Below are positions 1 to 11,400 of a stretch of DNA of 64,000 nt, in pieces. The notes beneath the pieces are model-generated. The model ran no database searches. It was not told the origin of the DNA and saw nothing but the letters and a program-made list of their open reading frames with translations. The number at the start of each line of letters is the position of its first letter. Within the stretch, counting starts at the first letter, position 1. The translations under genes were made by a program, and so were the position numbers. This stretch comes from an uncultured virus (IMG/VR IMGVR_UViG_3300027970_000021) (taxonomy: Duplodnaviria > Heunggongvirae > Uroviricota > Caudoviricetes), in IMG/VR virus record IMGVR_UViG_3300027970_000021, positions 1-64,000 of that record; one strand, given 5' to 3'.

Positions 1-2
1 AT

Positions 3-230
3 GGACAAAAGAAACTTAATACATCTTTAAACCTTGAACTAACGTTTAAAGACTCCTCTTTAAATGCCCGTAAATCGGAAATTGACATTCTAATGGCCCA
101 GAACGACAAGCTGTCAAAATCGCTCATGGAAGAGCGCTCTGTGGGCTCCTGGGAGCGTCTTAGTTGGGTAGCGGTTGGTATTTTAGCTTCAGGATTAGCA
201 TTTTATGGACTCCAAAAAGTACAAAAATAG
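3..230 (+). CDS. 5'-truncated coiled-coil protein with C-terminal transmembrane helix
   Basis: Manual translation of frame 3 is open from the window edge to TAG 228-230 and ends ...WERLSWVAVGILASGLAFYGLQKVQK. Confidence 0.55.
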   Translation, partial: GQKKLNTSLNLELTFKDSSLNARKSEIDILMAQNDKLSKSLMEERSVGSWERLSWVAVGILASGLAFYGLQKVQK

Positions 231-900
231 CACAGAAGATCTTTTAACGGCTCTTAATTCTTCAGATAAAGACATTGTTATTATTGAGAAAGAAGCTCCC
301 TCTGACATTGGTCGGGCGGGGGTTTTTTTACGTTTGTATGATCTTATGCCCGGAAGTACTAAAATCTCACAGAATACAGTTTTTAAAGCTTATAAACTTA
401 GTGTTAAGAAATTTAAAATCAAGTTTAAAACTAAGCAATCCTTTTTTGACTATTTAGCAACGCTAGGATTTAATACTGAGAGGAATTTTGTATTTGTCGA
501 TGGAAAAGTCAAGGAGCTGGTTTATGCCGCGACTGAAAAAGAAGTAAAGATGGCTAAATACAAGAAAGAAACCACATATAAACTTCTAGAACAGTTTATT
601 AATGAGCTTTCGATTTCCCCAGGCGATTGTCGTTGGGCTTTTGCCAATGTTCGTACAGTGATTTGGCTATGGCTTATTAATAATAAGTTAAAAAATCGTG
701 TAGAATCGAAGCATATCAGTCATGCGTTCTTTAAAAAACACAAATTGGCGAGTAGTAGTACATATCATCTCTACGTCTCGGATGACGCAGATAAAAACAT
801 GAAGGAGTATTTAAATGGTAATGCAAGTAAAGAAAAAACGAGTAAAGCGCAAGAGTCTAAAATACCCGGCGCTGGACCCGGCGGTCAATCTAAAGACTAG
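205..900 (+). CDS. hypothetical phage protein
   Basis: 231-aa ORF overlapping both neighbours; no motif recognised. Confidence 0.6.
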   Translation: MDSKKYKNSTEDLLTALNSSDKDIVIIEKEAPSDIGRAGVFLRLYDLMPGSTKISQNTVFKAYKLSVKKFKIKFKTKQSFFDYLATLGFNTERNFVFVDGKVKELVYAATEKEVKMAKYKKETTYKLLEQFINELSISPGDCRWAFANVRTVIWLWLINNKLKNRVESKHISHAFFKKHKLASSSTYHLYVSDDADKNMKEYLNGNASKEKTSKAQESKIPGAGPGGQSKD

Positions 901-1228
901 ATCTGATTTGATTGACTATGATTATATTAATAAGCTCTCTGAGAAAGAGAAAGCTTTTCTAAATGACTTTACTGAAGAATATACAAACGCTTCACTAGAC
1001 TCTAAAAATCTAGAAAACAATATGCATAATACTGTTGCGTTGAAACGTGACTGTTATAAGCGCAATAATGACAGAAATGCTGACATCTATACAAAATCTA
1101 AGGCTCAGGGAATTTTATTACAGCTCGATGACTTGAAAATCTTCAATGAAAATGAAGAAGATCAGATGATTGAGCGTATTATTTTAAGAAAGAGCGTTAA
1201 TAATACCGATGACGATGGCAACAAATGA
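815..1228 (+). CDS. hypothetical phage protein
   Basis: 137-aa ORF with basic N-terminus; converges on the minus-strand virion operon. Confidence 0.6.
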   Translation: MVMQVKKKRVKRKSLKYPALDPAVNLKTRSDLIDYDYINKLSEKEKAFLNDFTEEYTNASLDSKNLENNMHNTVALKRDCYKRNNDRNADIYTKSKAQGILLQLDDLKIFNENEEDQMIERIILRKSVNNTDDDGNK

Positions 1229-1459
1229 TGCTATTGCTGCAACATAACCCAAAATTTCAGCCGTAAACTTAATTTTTCTAACATGAAGTTTGATAGGTTC
1301 AAGATCTTGTCGTAATAAACCGATACTTTCTTCAGCTAGATCTGTACGTTTAATGTGATGATCTATGTTTGATTCTTGTTTAGCAAGCGTAACCTTCATC
1401 TCGCCAATATCCTCTGAGATTTTTTCTACTTTTTCGTAAAGTTTATCAGCGATAGACAT
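1184..1459 (-). CDS. small coiled-coil membrane protein (holin/XhlA-like)
   Basis: Heptad-like N-terminus plus one C-terminal hydrophobic helix; last gene of the virion operon. Confidence 0.5.
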   Translation of the reverse strand: MSIADKLYEKVEKISEDIGEMKVTLAKQESNIDHHIKRTDLAEESIGLLRQDLEPIKLHVRKIKFTAEILGYVAAIASFVAIVIGIINALS

Positions 1460-1461
1460 GA

Positions 1462-3348
1462 TTACTCCTCAGTCGGCAGTTGTTCTCCAACAGCTTGTCT
1501 CGCTGCTGGGTTTTGTAATATCGTAAATAGTGCGGCATTCTTAGCCATCTGATTCTTATCAGAAAGCGCCGTGCGTAAAGCCTCTCCGACTTTTCCTAGT
1601 CCGGGGGTATTTTGTAGCTTATCTGCAATAAACATCAAGTTGTCGTCGCTGGCAGTCGTTAGCGCACGATTGAAATTTGGTAGTGCTCTGGCGGCCTTCC
1701 CTGCCAAGTTTGCGGCCTCAATTGGGATACCCCTACCAGTCGATACACGACCAAAACTAGCTACAGATATAAGATTATTAAATACGTTACCATGTGGGTC
1801 AGTTCCCAGGGCTGTATGTACGGTGGCGGCTTTGTCGGCTTCATCACGAATTTGCTTAAAGAAAGAGTTTTTATCAACTCCCATTCTATCAAAGATAGTT
1901 TCTAATTGTTTACCTTCTTTAGATGCTTCGAATTTACGAACGGCTTCAGACGATTCTAATTGCTTAAAGTTTTGTTTTAATTTATTCAAAAGCTCTGTAG
2001 AATCTAAGGCTTTAGTTCCAGGAAGTTCCGATTTATTAATTAGATTCTTCAATTCGTCATAAACCTTGGTTTCGCCCGTCTTTAATTGTCCATAACGAAC
2101 ATTAGAAAGGCCTTCAGGACGAGCTTTTCCGATGATGGTTTCCGGAATCATTTCGCGGAACTCGGCAAAACGTTTAGCAGCTTTAGCGTATTCTGGAACT
2201 TGGTCATTAAGACGGCTCATAATATTTCGACTAAGATTCTGTAGATTTTCTCTTGCGGCTCGGGATTCTGGATTTAAATTTGCGGCAAGGTATTTAGATG
2301 CGTCGTCAAGCTCTGCTCGTAAAGAACGCACTTGATCTGGGGTGAATTCGAAATTAGGCTGTGAGTAAATCTTACGGAAAATCTTTGAAATAGTATTATC
2401 TGCGTCAATAGCAGGGTTATTGAGGAATGCCTTTTCTAATTCTTGTGCCGATTTATTAAGATCTGCACCAATATTAACCTTAATACCCTTTGCGGTTGCA
2501 TTGGCAATGGAATCACCAACAGCCTTCCCGAGCATGTCGTCGGCGGCATTAATTTTATTCAACATAACTTCTGCGGCCTGACCTGGTTTAGACGCAAAAG
2601 CTTCTTTATTGGCAATATCAGTTCCTTCTTTACCGACATCAAATGCGTATTTCATTTGTCTGAGAAGTGCTGGGGCTTTATCTTTGTCCGGGACTTTTTT
2701 AAGCAGGGCGGCAGCGCCAGCTTTAGCCCCCATACCTAGAGCGCCTAATGTACCAAAACCCGCACCCCACTTAGCGCCACTTTCAGCGCCCTCAAGTCCG
2801 GATTCCAGGAGTTTTTTACGACTATCTTCAGTATCAAGGTTTCCTTCAGACTGCGTGAGTCCTAGGATTCCTCCCGTAACGCCTCCGACGCCAGCGCCCT
2901 TAGCGACACTTCCGGCCATGCGAGCAAGAAGAGGAAGCTTTGTTGCGCCTTGTGCGGCCTTGCCAATAGGCAAGAGAGCGCCCATGCCAATGCTACCGGC
3001 AATATTACTAATCGTACCAGCAGTCGGACTTCTTTTCATTGCATCTTTGGCTTCTTTTTCACCAATCTTCTGATATTCGCGATATAACTCGGTCCAGTCT
3101 TTGCTAGAATCCCCGCCCATTGAATCGGGAAGAATCTTGGCAAGCGAAGCCCCAACAGCACCAGAAGCCTCATCGGCAAGACCACCAGAAAATCCTTGAG
3201 CCGCTTGAATTGCGCTGTCATACAAAGTCTCACCGACAGCGTTGGCACCTTCTTGAATACGAGATCCAATAGAGGGACCTTCGAGGCTTTGCTCTTCAAA
3301 TCCATCATCTAAACCGACATCAATAAAACCATCATCAAGTTTTGGCAT
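1462..3348 (-). CDS. putative internal virion / DNA ejection protein (outer phage)
   Basis: 628 aa, Gly/Ala-rich hydrophobic N-terminal part then helical; follows other ejection-type genes with stop/start overlap. Confidence 0.6.
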   Translation of the reverse strand: MPKLDDGFIDVGLDDGFEEQSLEGPSIGSRIQEGANAVGETLYDSAIQAAQGFSGGLADEASGAVGASLAKILPDSMGGDSSKDWTELYREYQKIGEKEAKDAMKRSPTAGTISNIAGSIGMGALLPIGKAAQGATKLPLLARMAGSVAKGAGVGGVTGGILGLTQSEGNLDTEDSRKKLLESGLEGAESGAKWGAGFGTLGALGMGAKAGAAALLKKVPDKDKAPALLRQMKYAFDVGKEGTDIANKEAFASKPGQAAEVMLNKINAADDMLGKAVGDSIANATAKGIKVNIGADLNKSAQELEKAFLNNPAIDADNTISKIFRKIYSQPNFEFTPDQVRSLRAELDDASKYLAANLNPESRAARENLQNLSRNIMSRLNDQVPEYAKAAKRFAEFREMIPETIIGKARPEGLSNVRYGQLKTGETKVYDELKNLINKSELPGTKALDSTELLNKLKQNFKQLESSEAVRKFEASKEGKQLETIFDRMGVDKNSFFKQIRDEADKAATVHTALGTDPHGNVFNNLISVASFGRVSTGRGIPIEAANLAGKAARALPNFNRALTTASDDNLMFIADKLQNTPGLGKVGEALRTALSDKNQMAKNAALFTILQNPAARQAVGEQLPTEE

Positions 3349-5033
3349 TATAATTTTCCATCCTTGATTTCTTTAGTTCCATCAGCATAAATAAATTGCG
3401 TTTGATTAGTTTTAGGATTGTACCCCTTTTTCACAACAGACTTTTGTTGAGATTGTGAAGGAGCTTCGGGAACTTCCGGTAAAATAAGACTAGCATCAAC
3501 ACCACGTTTTTTAGCTTGCTGCAAATACGGAGCTGCGGTCGTTTTCCATTGACCATATTGTACGTTTCTGGCGTTTATTGCGAAATTTTTAACATTTTCG
3601 CGCTCTTTTGGCGTTAAAATTTCCCCTTTTAGGCCGCGAGTAATGGAACTTTTTACTGTCGTTGGAATTGAGCGTGCATTCCTAACGAACGAAATTTCAC
3701 CTTCACGAACCACTGAATCTGGATCTAGAGAACGAACGAATCCGTATAATAGCGCCAAATCGTTTTGTGGGTTGGGTTTATTAACCAACTCATCCATCTG
3801 TTTCGTCATACTATCCAAGGTCATGAGTTTTTCGTATTCTTTTCCGGTGACTTTCGGTGCCACTTGTCGGGCAAATTCTTCTCCGCGCTGGTCTTCTTTT
3901 GTTTGCCTATTTACAGCGAGGACCGCCTGGCGGAATTTACCTTCTTCTTTTCTAGCATCCAGACGATCAGCTTGCATGTCTTTTTGATTTTGACGCGCAA
4001 GCTCCATTTCCTTTTCTTTAAATACGTTAGGAAGAATCTTTTCTAGATCTTCAGCAGAAGCATCGCCCTTAACTTCAAGACCAAGCTTCTTCATATAATC
4101 ACGATAACCTTTAGATACAGGACTATTTGGGTCTTTCTTATCAAGAGCCATCGTTTCTTTTACTTGACCGGGCATTGCTTGGGCTTGTTCAATGTTCTTT
4201 TGGAACAATTCTTGACCAACAGGTTTAACGTGAGCAATCGAAGAACCGATTAAATTTGCAGATTGGCCCAGATTACCAACTAGAGAACCTCTATTAGCTC
4301 CCTCTTGTGCTGCCATAAAAGCCGCCATACGATCTTGTCCATCACCAAAGTCAATGGACTTCTGGGGAGGAGGAAGCGGAGCTTCTAGCTGTGCTGGGGC
4401 TCTTGGGGCAATAGATGCCGGAGGCTTCATACCATCAGCAGGAGGAGGCATAATTGGAGCTTCTAGGGCTTGTGGGGCTTCAGGCATAGGGGGCTGTGAC
4501 GCCATAGGAGCCATTGGAGGCTCACCCTTGACGGAAGGAGATCCACGGAGCATGTCCATAAGACCGAGGGCACCCAAACCGCCTCCCACGACGTATGGAA
4601 GAGCCTTAGGAGTTGACATATTTACAGGGGCAGGAGGAGGAAGGGCTAGTTGCGCAGATTGAGGTGGAAGGGCTTTTGGGGCCATAGAAGGTGCGGCCTC
4701 GTCCGCCATACGAAAAACACCTTCTTCGAAATCATCGGCAGCGCCCATGGCTTTTTTAGTGAAATCGTATCCCTTAGGAACCATATCACCAACAACTTCG
4801 GCTTCTTTTGCTGCCATTGGAAGCGCCTTCATTGCGCCAGAACCGACATTTGAAATTGACCCAATCATAGACGCGCCTTGGGTTGACAAATCACGAATTT
4901 TTCTAGCTTTGTCTTCATCACCAACGAGTTTAGCCGTCATTTCGTCAATGCCTTTTTCGTAAGGAGCGGCAATATCCAACATGGGCTTTTGAAGCTCTTT
5001 GTATTTCTTAAGAAGCTCTTCTAAGTAATTCAT
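3348..5033 (-). CDS. putative internal virion / ejection protein (outer phage)
   Basis: 561 aa, Pro-rich linker, LDPDSVVREGE motif of the kind seen in podovirus ejection proteins. Confidence 0.55.
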   Translation of the reverse strand: MNYLEELLKKYKELQKPMLDIAAPYEKGIDEMTAKLVGDEDKARKIRDLSTQGASMIGSISNVGSGAMKALPMAAKEAEVVGDMVPKGYDFTKKAMGAADDFEEGVFRMADEAAPSMAPKALPPQSAQLALPPPAPVNMSTPKALPYVVGGGLGALGLMDMLRGSPSVKGEPPMAPMASQPPMPEAPQALEAPIMPPPADGMKPPASIAPRAPAQLEAPLPPPQKSIDFGDGQDRMAAFMAAQEGANRGSLVGNLGQSANLIGSSIAHVKPVGQELFQKNIEQAQAMPGQVKETMALDKKDPNSPVSKGYRDYMKKLGLEVKGDASAEDLEKILPNVFKEKEMELARQNQKDMQADRLDARKEEGKFRQAVLAVNRQTKEDQRGEEFARQVAPKVTGKEYEKLMTLDSMTKQMDELVNKPNPQNDLALLYGFVRSLDPDSVVREGEISFVRNARSIPTTVKSSITRGLKGEILTPKERENVKNFAINARNVQYGQWKTTAAPYLQQAKKRGVDASLILPEVPEAPSQSQQKSVVKKGYNPKTNQTQFIYADGTKEIKDGKL

Positions 5034-6109
5034 TATGCAATACTCCCGGAGTTACCGAATCCCGAGCCGGAAGAATTTCCTTTTATAAGTTTTTTTGCCG
5101 AATTCTCTAGTTCTTTGTCTTTCAATCTCTTCAAAATCTCATTGTTTTGGAGATAATTAGCACCGGCTCCTAGCCCAGAACCAACACCACTACCAATCCC
5201 AGACCACATTTGTGCTGTAGAATTTGCATTATTTTGGTCATTTGACGCCTTACCTTGAAGAGCATTTGCTTTGCGTTCGGCCTGTGCTGCACGATTTGCA
5301 TATTCTTGCGCTTCTGCGCTTCTTTGACGATTTAGTTCTTGATTGGCCTGTGCTGTATTTTGATCTGAGGCCTGTTGTGCGGCATTTAGATTGTATTTTT
5401 GTGCTTCATTTGAAGAATTAGTATTGCGCGTTTGGCGAGCAATTTGATTTTGTAAATTAAAACGTGACATTTCATCAGCAGCGGAAGCCTTGGCTTGTGC
5501 AATCGTATTATCTTGTCCGCGAATGCTACCGGACATATTACCGTATTTATCTAGGGCGCTTAAAGACGCTCGGGAAGCCTCTGCCGCTAGACGGTCAGCT
5601 TCTTCTGCTTGTTGGTTTGCACCGCTTTGTGCTGCTTGTAATTGAGCAACTAGCTCTGCGCCAGAACCACCCATACCACGTTGTTGTAGTTGTTGGAGAA
5701 TTTGTCCACGTTGTCCTTGAACATCACGTTGAACTTTATTACGCATTTCATTGAATGCTGCTCTCTCTTCAGGACCAATTCCGGTTTCGGAGCGGTCTTT
5801 TAGAAGCTGCAAAGCGCTCATCTGAGCTTCACGAAGACTGGGATCTTCCTGTACTTGCGCTGCTTGCGATACAGCATCACCAAGGTCTTTTTCTAATTGA
5901 GGAGTTAAAACCCCAACAGACTTGAATTTTTCTAGAATGATTTCTCGTTGAAGATCAGGGCCAGCGCCAATAGCGTCAATTTCTGCCATAGCAGCATCGA
6001 GGGCCTGCTGCGCTTTTTCTCTGTCTCCACGAGACGAAATGTTGCCAATAACACCACCAGCAATGGGGGCTAAAGCACTACCAATAGCGAGAGCTGTTCC
6101 GACTGCCAT
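5033..6109 (-). CDS. putative ejection/pilot protein (outer phage)
   Basis: Gly/Ala-rich hydrophobic termini around a Gln/Ala coiled coil; directly after GNAT-like gene. Confidence 0.6.
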   Translation of the reverse strand: MAVGTALAIGSALAPIAGGVIGNISSRGDREKAQQALDAAMAEIDAIGAGPDLQREIILEKFKSVGVLTPQLEKDLGDAVSQAAQVQEDPSLREAQMSALQLLKDRSETGIGPEERAAFNEMRNKVQRDVQGQRGQILQQLQQRGMGGSGAELVAQLQAAQSGANQQAEEADRLAAEASRASLSALDKYGNMSGSIRGQDNTIAQAKASAADEMSRFNLQNQIARQTRNTNSSNEAQKYNLNAAQQASDQNTAQANQELNRQRSAEAQEYANRAAQAERKANALQGKASNDQNNANSTAQMWSGIGSGVGSGLGAGANYLQNNEILKRLKDKELENSAKKLIKGNSSGSGFGNSGSIA

Positions 6110-6110
6110 T

Positions 6111-6488
6111 TTATAACCTCTTTATCATATTAGACATTTTAGTGTCTGTAATTAAAAAACCAAAGTCTTCATATCTCTGAATAAGTCCAGGATGCTCCAG
6201 AGAAGTAAACACACTTTTAAACCCAGATTCTTTTGCTTGTGACAAAAGATCGTCAATAATCAAATTCAGAGCTTGACTACGATCAGACTTATCTGACTCT
6301 GGGTTTGAAATAACAAACTCAAGCCAACAAATTTTACTATCCGTACGATACAAAAAACCAGCAGCAACGCCATCGACAATCATTCCCGTGGCTGGAAGCA
6401 TGTCGTAAGAAGGAACAGACCAATCCCTAGCTCTCCACCATGAGGCGAGAGTTGGATAATCGGTTATTTCTACCTTACGCAATACCAT
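6111..6488 (-). CDS. GNAT-like acetyltransferase-fold protein in virion module
   Basis: 125 aa, LPATGMIV..AAGFLY..WLEF...YEDFGF pattern; visibly homologous to 29859-30257. Confidence 0.65.
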   Translation of the reverse strand: MVLRKVEITDYPTLASWWRARDWSVPSYDMLPATGMIVDGVAAGFLYRTDSKICWLEFVISNPESDKSDRSQALNLIIDDLLSQAKESGFKSVFTSLEHPGLIQRYEDFGFLITDTKMSNMIKRL

Positions 6489-7981
6489 TAAAATCCTCTA
6501 CTCATAAGATTTTTATAATAGGCAAGTTGTTGAGATTGTTGTTCATTATCTCGACGAGCGTTTTCTATATCTCGTTCTTGTTTTGCTATTTCCGATTTAA
6601 GACTTGCACTCTTTGCTTGGCTTTCGAAATCAGAAATACCACGCTTACGAAGCTGTGCTAATTCAGTGTTTAATTGTGCTAATCTAGATTGACCAGTTTG
6701 TATGTGCTGATTTCCCGTTTCATATCTAGCTTGGATTGGGGCACTTTCAGCCGCCCATTGTTGCTTCATTGGGTCTAGAAGGCGATTTCCAGCCTGACGA
6801 CCGACCTGAGCATCGAGTCCGGCCTTAATTTGCGGTAATTGTCCGGAGAATGCCTGATATGCCTGGTCTACGCCACCTAGTCGCGCTAAAGCATTTAAAC
6901 GTGAAGCCTTTTGTTCATCAATGAATTGTTGTTCCTTAACAGGACCGGCTTGCTCGTATTGTAAAGAAGGGGAAAGAACGGCGGCAGGATCTAGGCCGTA
7001 TTCAACGGCCTTCTTAGCCAGTTCAACCAACTCAGATTGTTTTTGTTGTGGTGTCCCCAAATTAGACATTCCAGGACGGCTTAAATTTATTTTGTCGCTT
7101 TGCTGGTCTTCGGGAGATTGAATACCAGGGTTACGATATTGACGCTCAAGTTTTTCTATTTGCTGATAATATTCAGGACTTCCTATAGCAACTCCCGCCT
7201 GACCACGAATAGTTGCCTGAAGTTGGTCGTAAATACCTTGGGCCGCCTGTGATTTTTTATTAAATTGGCGAGCTTGATCGGCAGCTTCGGCTGTAACGGC
7301 ATTTTGAGCGCCAGACAACTGTTTTTTAGTTTCTTCTGCAAATTGCTGAGCTTGACCTAGCGCTTGTTGTCCTTGTCCCAAGGCGGCAGCTTGTGCGGCC
7401 TGTGCTTCTGGAGATATGGCAAGTGCTTGACGGCGAGCACCTTGGAGTGCAGAACGATCAACATTAGCGCCAAATAACAAGGAGTCTAGACGTTTTTGTC
7501 CACCCGTATATTGTTGATTCCCAGCAGCAAAACGCTGGAGGAGATTCATTTGTCCTGGAGTATTACTAACATCTCCGGCAAGTTTTGCTGTTCTTTGCGC
7601 GGCAGATTGAATTCCGGCAGAGTTCGAAAGGCCCTGTTGGCCCATCTGTTTTAATTCGGCAGATGGTCCTGATAGATAGTTCTTGAATTTATTGACATCT
7701 TCGTCCGTTGCTGTTTGAGCGCCAGACAGAATGCGGGCAGAATTTTCTTTATCGGCAGAAGTTCCTAATTGTTGTTGTTGAAGACCCGCACTAAACTTTT
7801 CTTTAGATTGACCAATATCTTGCTTGACTTTGCCGGTCTCATTTTTAATACCAGTAGTTACAGCTTGGCCTAGTTTATTACCCTCGTTTGCTTGCAGGTA
7901 ACGGCTAAGGTTTGTAAACCCAGAGCCCTTTTTTTGGGGGCCGCCAATACCAGCGTCTTTTTTATTAATAATATCAGCCAT
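6488..7981 (-). CDS. putative internal virion protein (Gln/Ala-rich coiled coil)
   Basis: Long ORF; start at ATG 7981 chosen for upstream AAGGA. Confidence 0.6.
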   Translation of the reverse strand: MADIINKKDAGIGGPQKKGSGFTNLSRYLQANEGNKLGQAVTTGIKNETGKVKQDIGQSKEKFSAGLQQQQLGTSADKENSARILSGAQTATDEDVNKFKNYLSGPSAELKQMGQQGLSNSAGIQSAAQRTAKLAGDVSNTPGQMNLLQRFAAGNQQYTGGQKRLDSLLFGANVDRSALQGARRQALAISPEAQAAQAAALGQGQQALGQAQQFAEETKKQLSGAQNAVTAEAADQARQFNKKSQAAQGIYDQLQATIRGQAGVAIGSPEYYQQIEKLERQYRNPGIQSPEDQQSDKINLSRPGMSNLGTPQQKQSELVELAKKAVEYGLDPAAVLSPSLQYEQAGPVKEQQFIDEQKASRLNALARLGGVDQAYQAFSGQLPQIKAGLDAQVGRQAGNRLLDPMKQQWAAESAPIQARYETGNQHIQTGQSRLAQLNTELAQLRKRGISDFESQAKSASLKSEIAKQERDIENARRDNEQQSQQLAYYKNLMSRGF

Positions 7982-8000
7982 AGGTTCCTTAATATAGTTG

Positions 8001-8414
8001 TTAATTGTACGCAAATACAGTTAATAAGAACGGCGTATTTGCCGGTAGTCCTGTGACGTGTAAAATGTCTACAGATGCCGATAGTTGTCTGTACGTTATA
8101 AATGGGGCATTATTTGGATAACCTGCGGCATTTGATTGGTTTTCCGCTCTTAATACGGATAATCCGACCACCCGCACGGCACTCTTTAAAGGCACAACGG
8201 TTTTGGCTTTTACCGTTCCATCAGCATTTACCGTAATATTAACGGTGAACAGCGTCCCCTGCATATTATCGCCTAGAGTAAGACGACCGCTTAAAGCCGC
8301 ATAGGCACTATCAAATCCATCATTTATAGAGCCAGCAAGAAGGTCGATGGTTGGCTGGATTTCTTGGTCAAAATCAGACTTATTAATTCGCTTAAAATTT
8401 CCAAGCTTAGCCAT
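8001..8414 (-). CDS. small tail-associated protein
   Basis: 137 aa, tightly coupled after the large tail protein; beta-rich C-terminus. Confidence 0.5.
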   Translation of the reverse strand: MAKLGNFKRINKSDFDQEIQPTIDLLAGSINDGFDSAYAALSGRLTLGDNMQGTLFTVNITVNADGTVKAKTVVPLKSAVRVVGLSVLRAENQSNAAGYPNNAPFITYRQLSASVDILHVTGLPANTPFLLTVFAYN

Positions 8415-8416
8415 AA

Positions 8417-11400
8417 TTAGTTCCTATATGCTCTTGTAGAAATACCGACATTTCCACTAATAGTTACTCCATATACAGACCACTCTTCTCTAGCAACAGA
8501 ATGTAAGAACGATAGATTAATATAACGACATCTCATGTAGTTTCTAGGAACATACGTTCTAAATGGTGATGAATTCGAAGCTCCGCCAAAATAGCCTTCA
8601 CCAAAAGGTCCCGTACCCGTCCCAAATATCCCATTACCGGAAGAATTAAATTCCACGTAAGTGGTCAGAGGAATTAAATCGCTACTAAAGCCCATCTTAC
8701 CTTTGGTGAATGCCCTATTAGCAAACATGATAGTTGCTTCCATTAAATGTTTCCATCCCAAGGGATCGCCCATTGTTTCTGGAGCATAAGTTACAGAACA
8801 CGGAATAGACTTAAATACCGTCATTTCACCAACAATAAATTGCGGGCTAACGTTAAGTGTAACTTTTTTAATATTACGATTTACAGCAGTTACTACCGCC
8901 TCGAAGGAAGTGTCGTATTCAATTTGTGAATAGTTTGTGAACGTAAAGTTTGTGCTGGTATTCATTGCATCTATCATAGCATTATAACATGCCATAATAT
9001 CTTGAAACGATTCTACCTGCGTAGACCAAGTTCCAGTGGTTCCTGGAGTTGTGACATCAACAGGAACCGTAAAGGTATTGGCCGTAAGAACAGTAACTTC
9101 ACGAGAACCGTTAATAACTGGAAAGGAATCTGTGCTAGCAATTGTAATAACACGACCAGAAACCAAGCCATGTGCAGAATCAGTGACAACTGTTGGATTA
9201 GCAACAGAAATTCCGGTTATAGTACCAGTTTTTGATGCAATTAGGCTGCTAAATGTTGGTGATTCTGTTATCTCAGAGTCTAGTTTAGTTGCGAGTGCTG
9301 CCATTTTAGAGCGCATATCGTCCCCAGAAACAGCAAATAGTGTCGAATAGTAATCATCAGAAGGAACTGATGGATCTATGTCAAGCTTTTCAAGAAGACT
9401 ATTAAATCTAAATACACTTAATGTTTGAGATTGTTCAATAACATCACCAACTTCAATATCTGAAACCGAAGAAAACTCTAGGGTATTTGGTGCTGGATAT
9501 CCAGAAGAAGACAGCAGAAGGCTATACTGCCTATCAGCATAATCCGTACGAGTGAAGTCTTTTCTTTCTTGTTCGATTTGATTAACATCCCCGGCACCAA
9601 TAACCAGGCGGTCGTCCACAGGATTCACAATGCCACAGGTGTTTTGCTTTTCGTAAGTGGTCCACGTTTGTGTTAGTGTACTGTATCTAAAACACTGTGT
9701 TGCGGTTGTGTCGTTAGTATTGGAGACTGTCCATACCAAGTAAGAATCGTCGGACTCATACCCAATTCCCCACGTCGCTGTTGCAAAGTTTGTATAGCTG
9801 CTTGACGCTAGCTTAAGTATTTGTGTGTCAATTGCACGCGATCTTGTGTCTACCGAGGCCTCAGTGACCGTTACGATGCCCTTTTTGGTCCAAGCATAAA
9901 TTGTATTATTTGAAGAGTCCACGCTATCTGGAGCAATGAGGATACACGAAAGATCAAATGGTTCTAGTATGTACTGTCCAGTTTCTCCTGAAACGCGATA
10001 TAGCCCATCTTCTGTAAAGATGAATAAACTATTTCTTAATGGAAAAATACGAAGTATCTGGTTTTCTAGTGGTCCAACGTCAAAATAGTTAACAAGAGGA
10101 ACGGCTTCCGGTTGTCCTGGTTTAGAATAGAATATTCTGTTTGGTCGTGCCTCGTTCTCAGAAACCTCAGCGGAAGGTAGCGGGATCAATGCCCCCATAG
10201 TTCCATTTGCCGTGGTTGAAACTGGAACGGTAAAGCTTGTTGAATTTATTACAGTAACAACTCTTATTCCGTCAATGCTTGGCGTTGAGTCTGTATTAGT
10301 AATTAACACTTTATCAAGATTATTCAGTCCATGTGGAGTTGAGGTTGTTACGGTTGCTTGTAGTTCTGGTGCGGCGATATTAGAAATCTGCACGCTAGGA
10401 GCTACAATCGGATCAAAGCTTTCGGCCACCGTTGAGTTATTCGCTAAGATATAGAATTCCGGTACAGGCAGGTCGCGACCTTCTAATAACATAATACCTG
10501 GATTTGTATCAATACCAGGTAAATAATATCCGTATGTAACTTCGCCTTTGTTCTTATTCATAACACGAACAAAGCTCTTTGCTGTATTTTCTACGGCCTG
10601 TCCCACCGAAGTGATTGTCGAAAGAAGAACTTGTAGCTCTCCTTCTTGTGAAGTGCTTACAGTAAAGCCCCCAGATGTCACGTTCTCTGTAGTAGGTGAC
10701 GTTGGTCCATAATCAACACTGGTGATAGTTAGTTGATTTGTATTAACTGAGACGTTAAAATAACCAGTATCAGTCAGCGCAGTTTGGATCTTGATGGCCA
10801 TCTGATCGGCAGTCTCAGATCCAGTGGTGTCAATGCTAATCCCGCTCAAACCGAATACGTTCGGGTCTGTGGCCGATCCGCGATCAAACCATACATAATA
10901 TTGTTGTTTACCAAAGGGGGTAAACACACTGAAATAGTCAGCAGTTCCCGCTGCGGCATATGCGGAGCCAGCAACGCACGTAACAACTGAGACTTCTTGT
11001 GTTACTTTTTCACCACGACCCTGCTGCGTAACCGTGAAGGTGAAGCCTGCTGGAAGCGTAGAAACAACGTCATCAACATACCCATCTTCCAATGTCGTAA
11101 TTAAAACTGTGCTGGTCGATATTGAAGATATTTCAGCATTAAAATCGTATAATAATGTATTAATACAGTTTTTTACTTTTTCGGCAACCTGGGATGATGT
11201 ATCAGAAGAAAGAACGTCTATAGCAAGTCCCGTTCTACCGGAAAGGGCGGGATCTGTGCCCGCATTGTCAACTCTAAACCAGAAATAGTATAAGTTTTCG
11301 TTGTTGCCAGAATTTATATTGAAATAGCTGCTAGCCAATAATGCTGTACTTCCTGCAGCACAAACCAGGGAGGTCTCTTCTTCTCTCCCAGTAACAAATT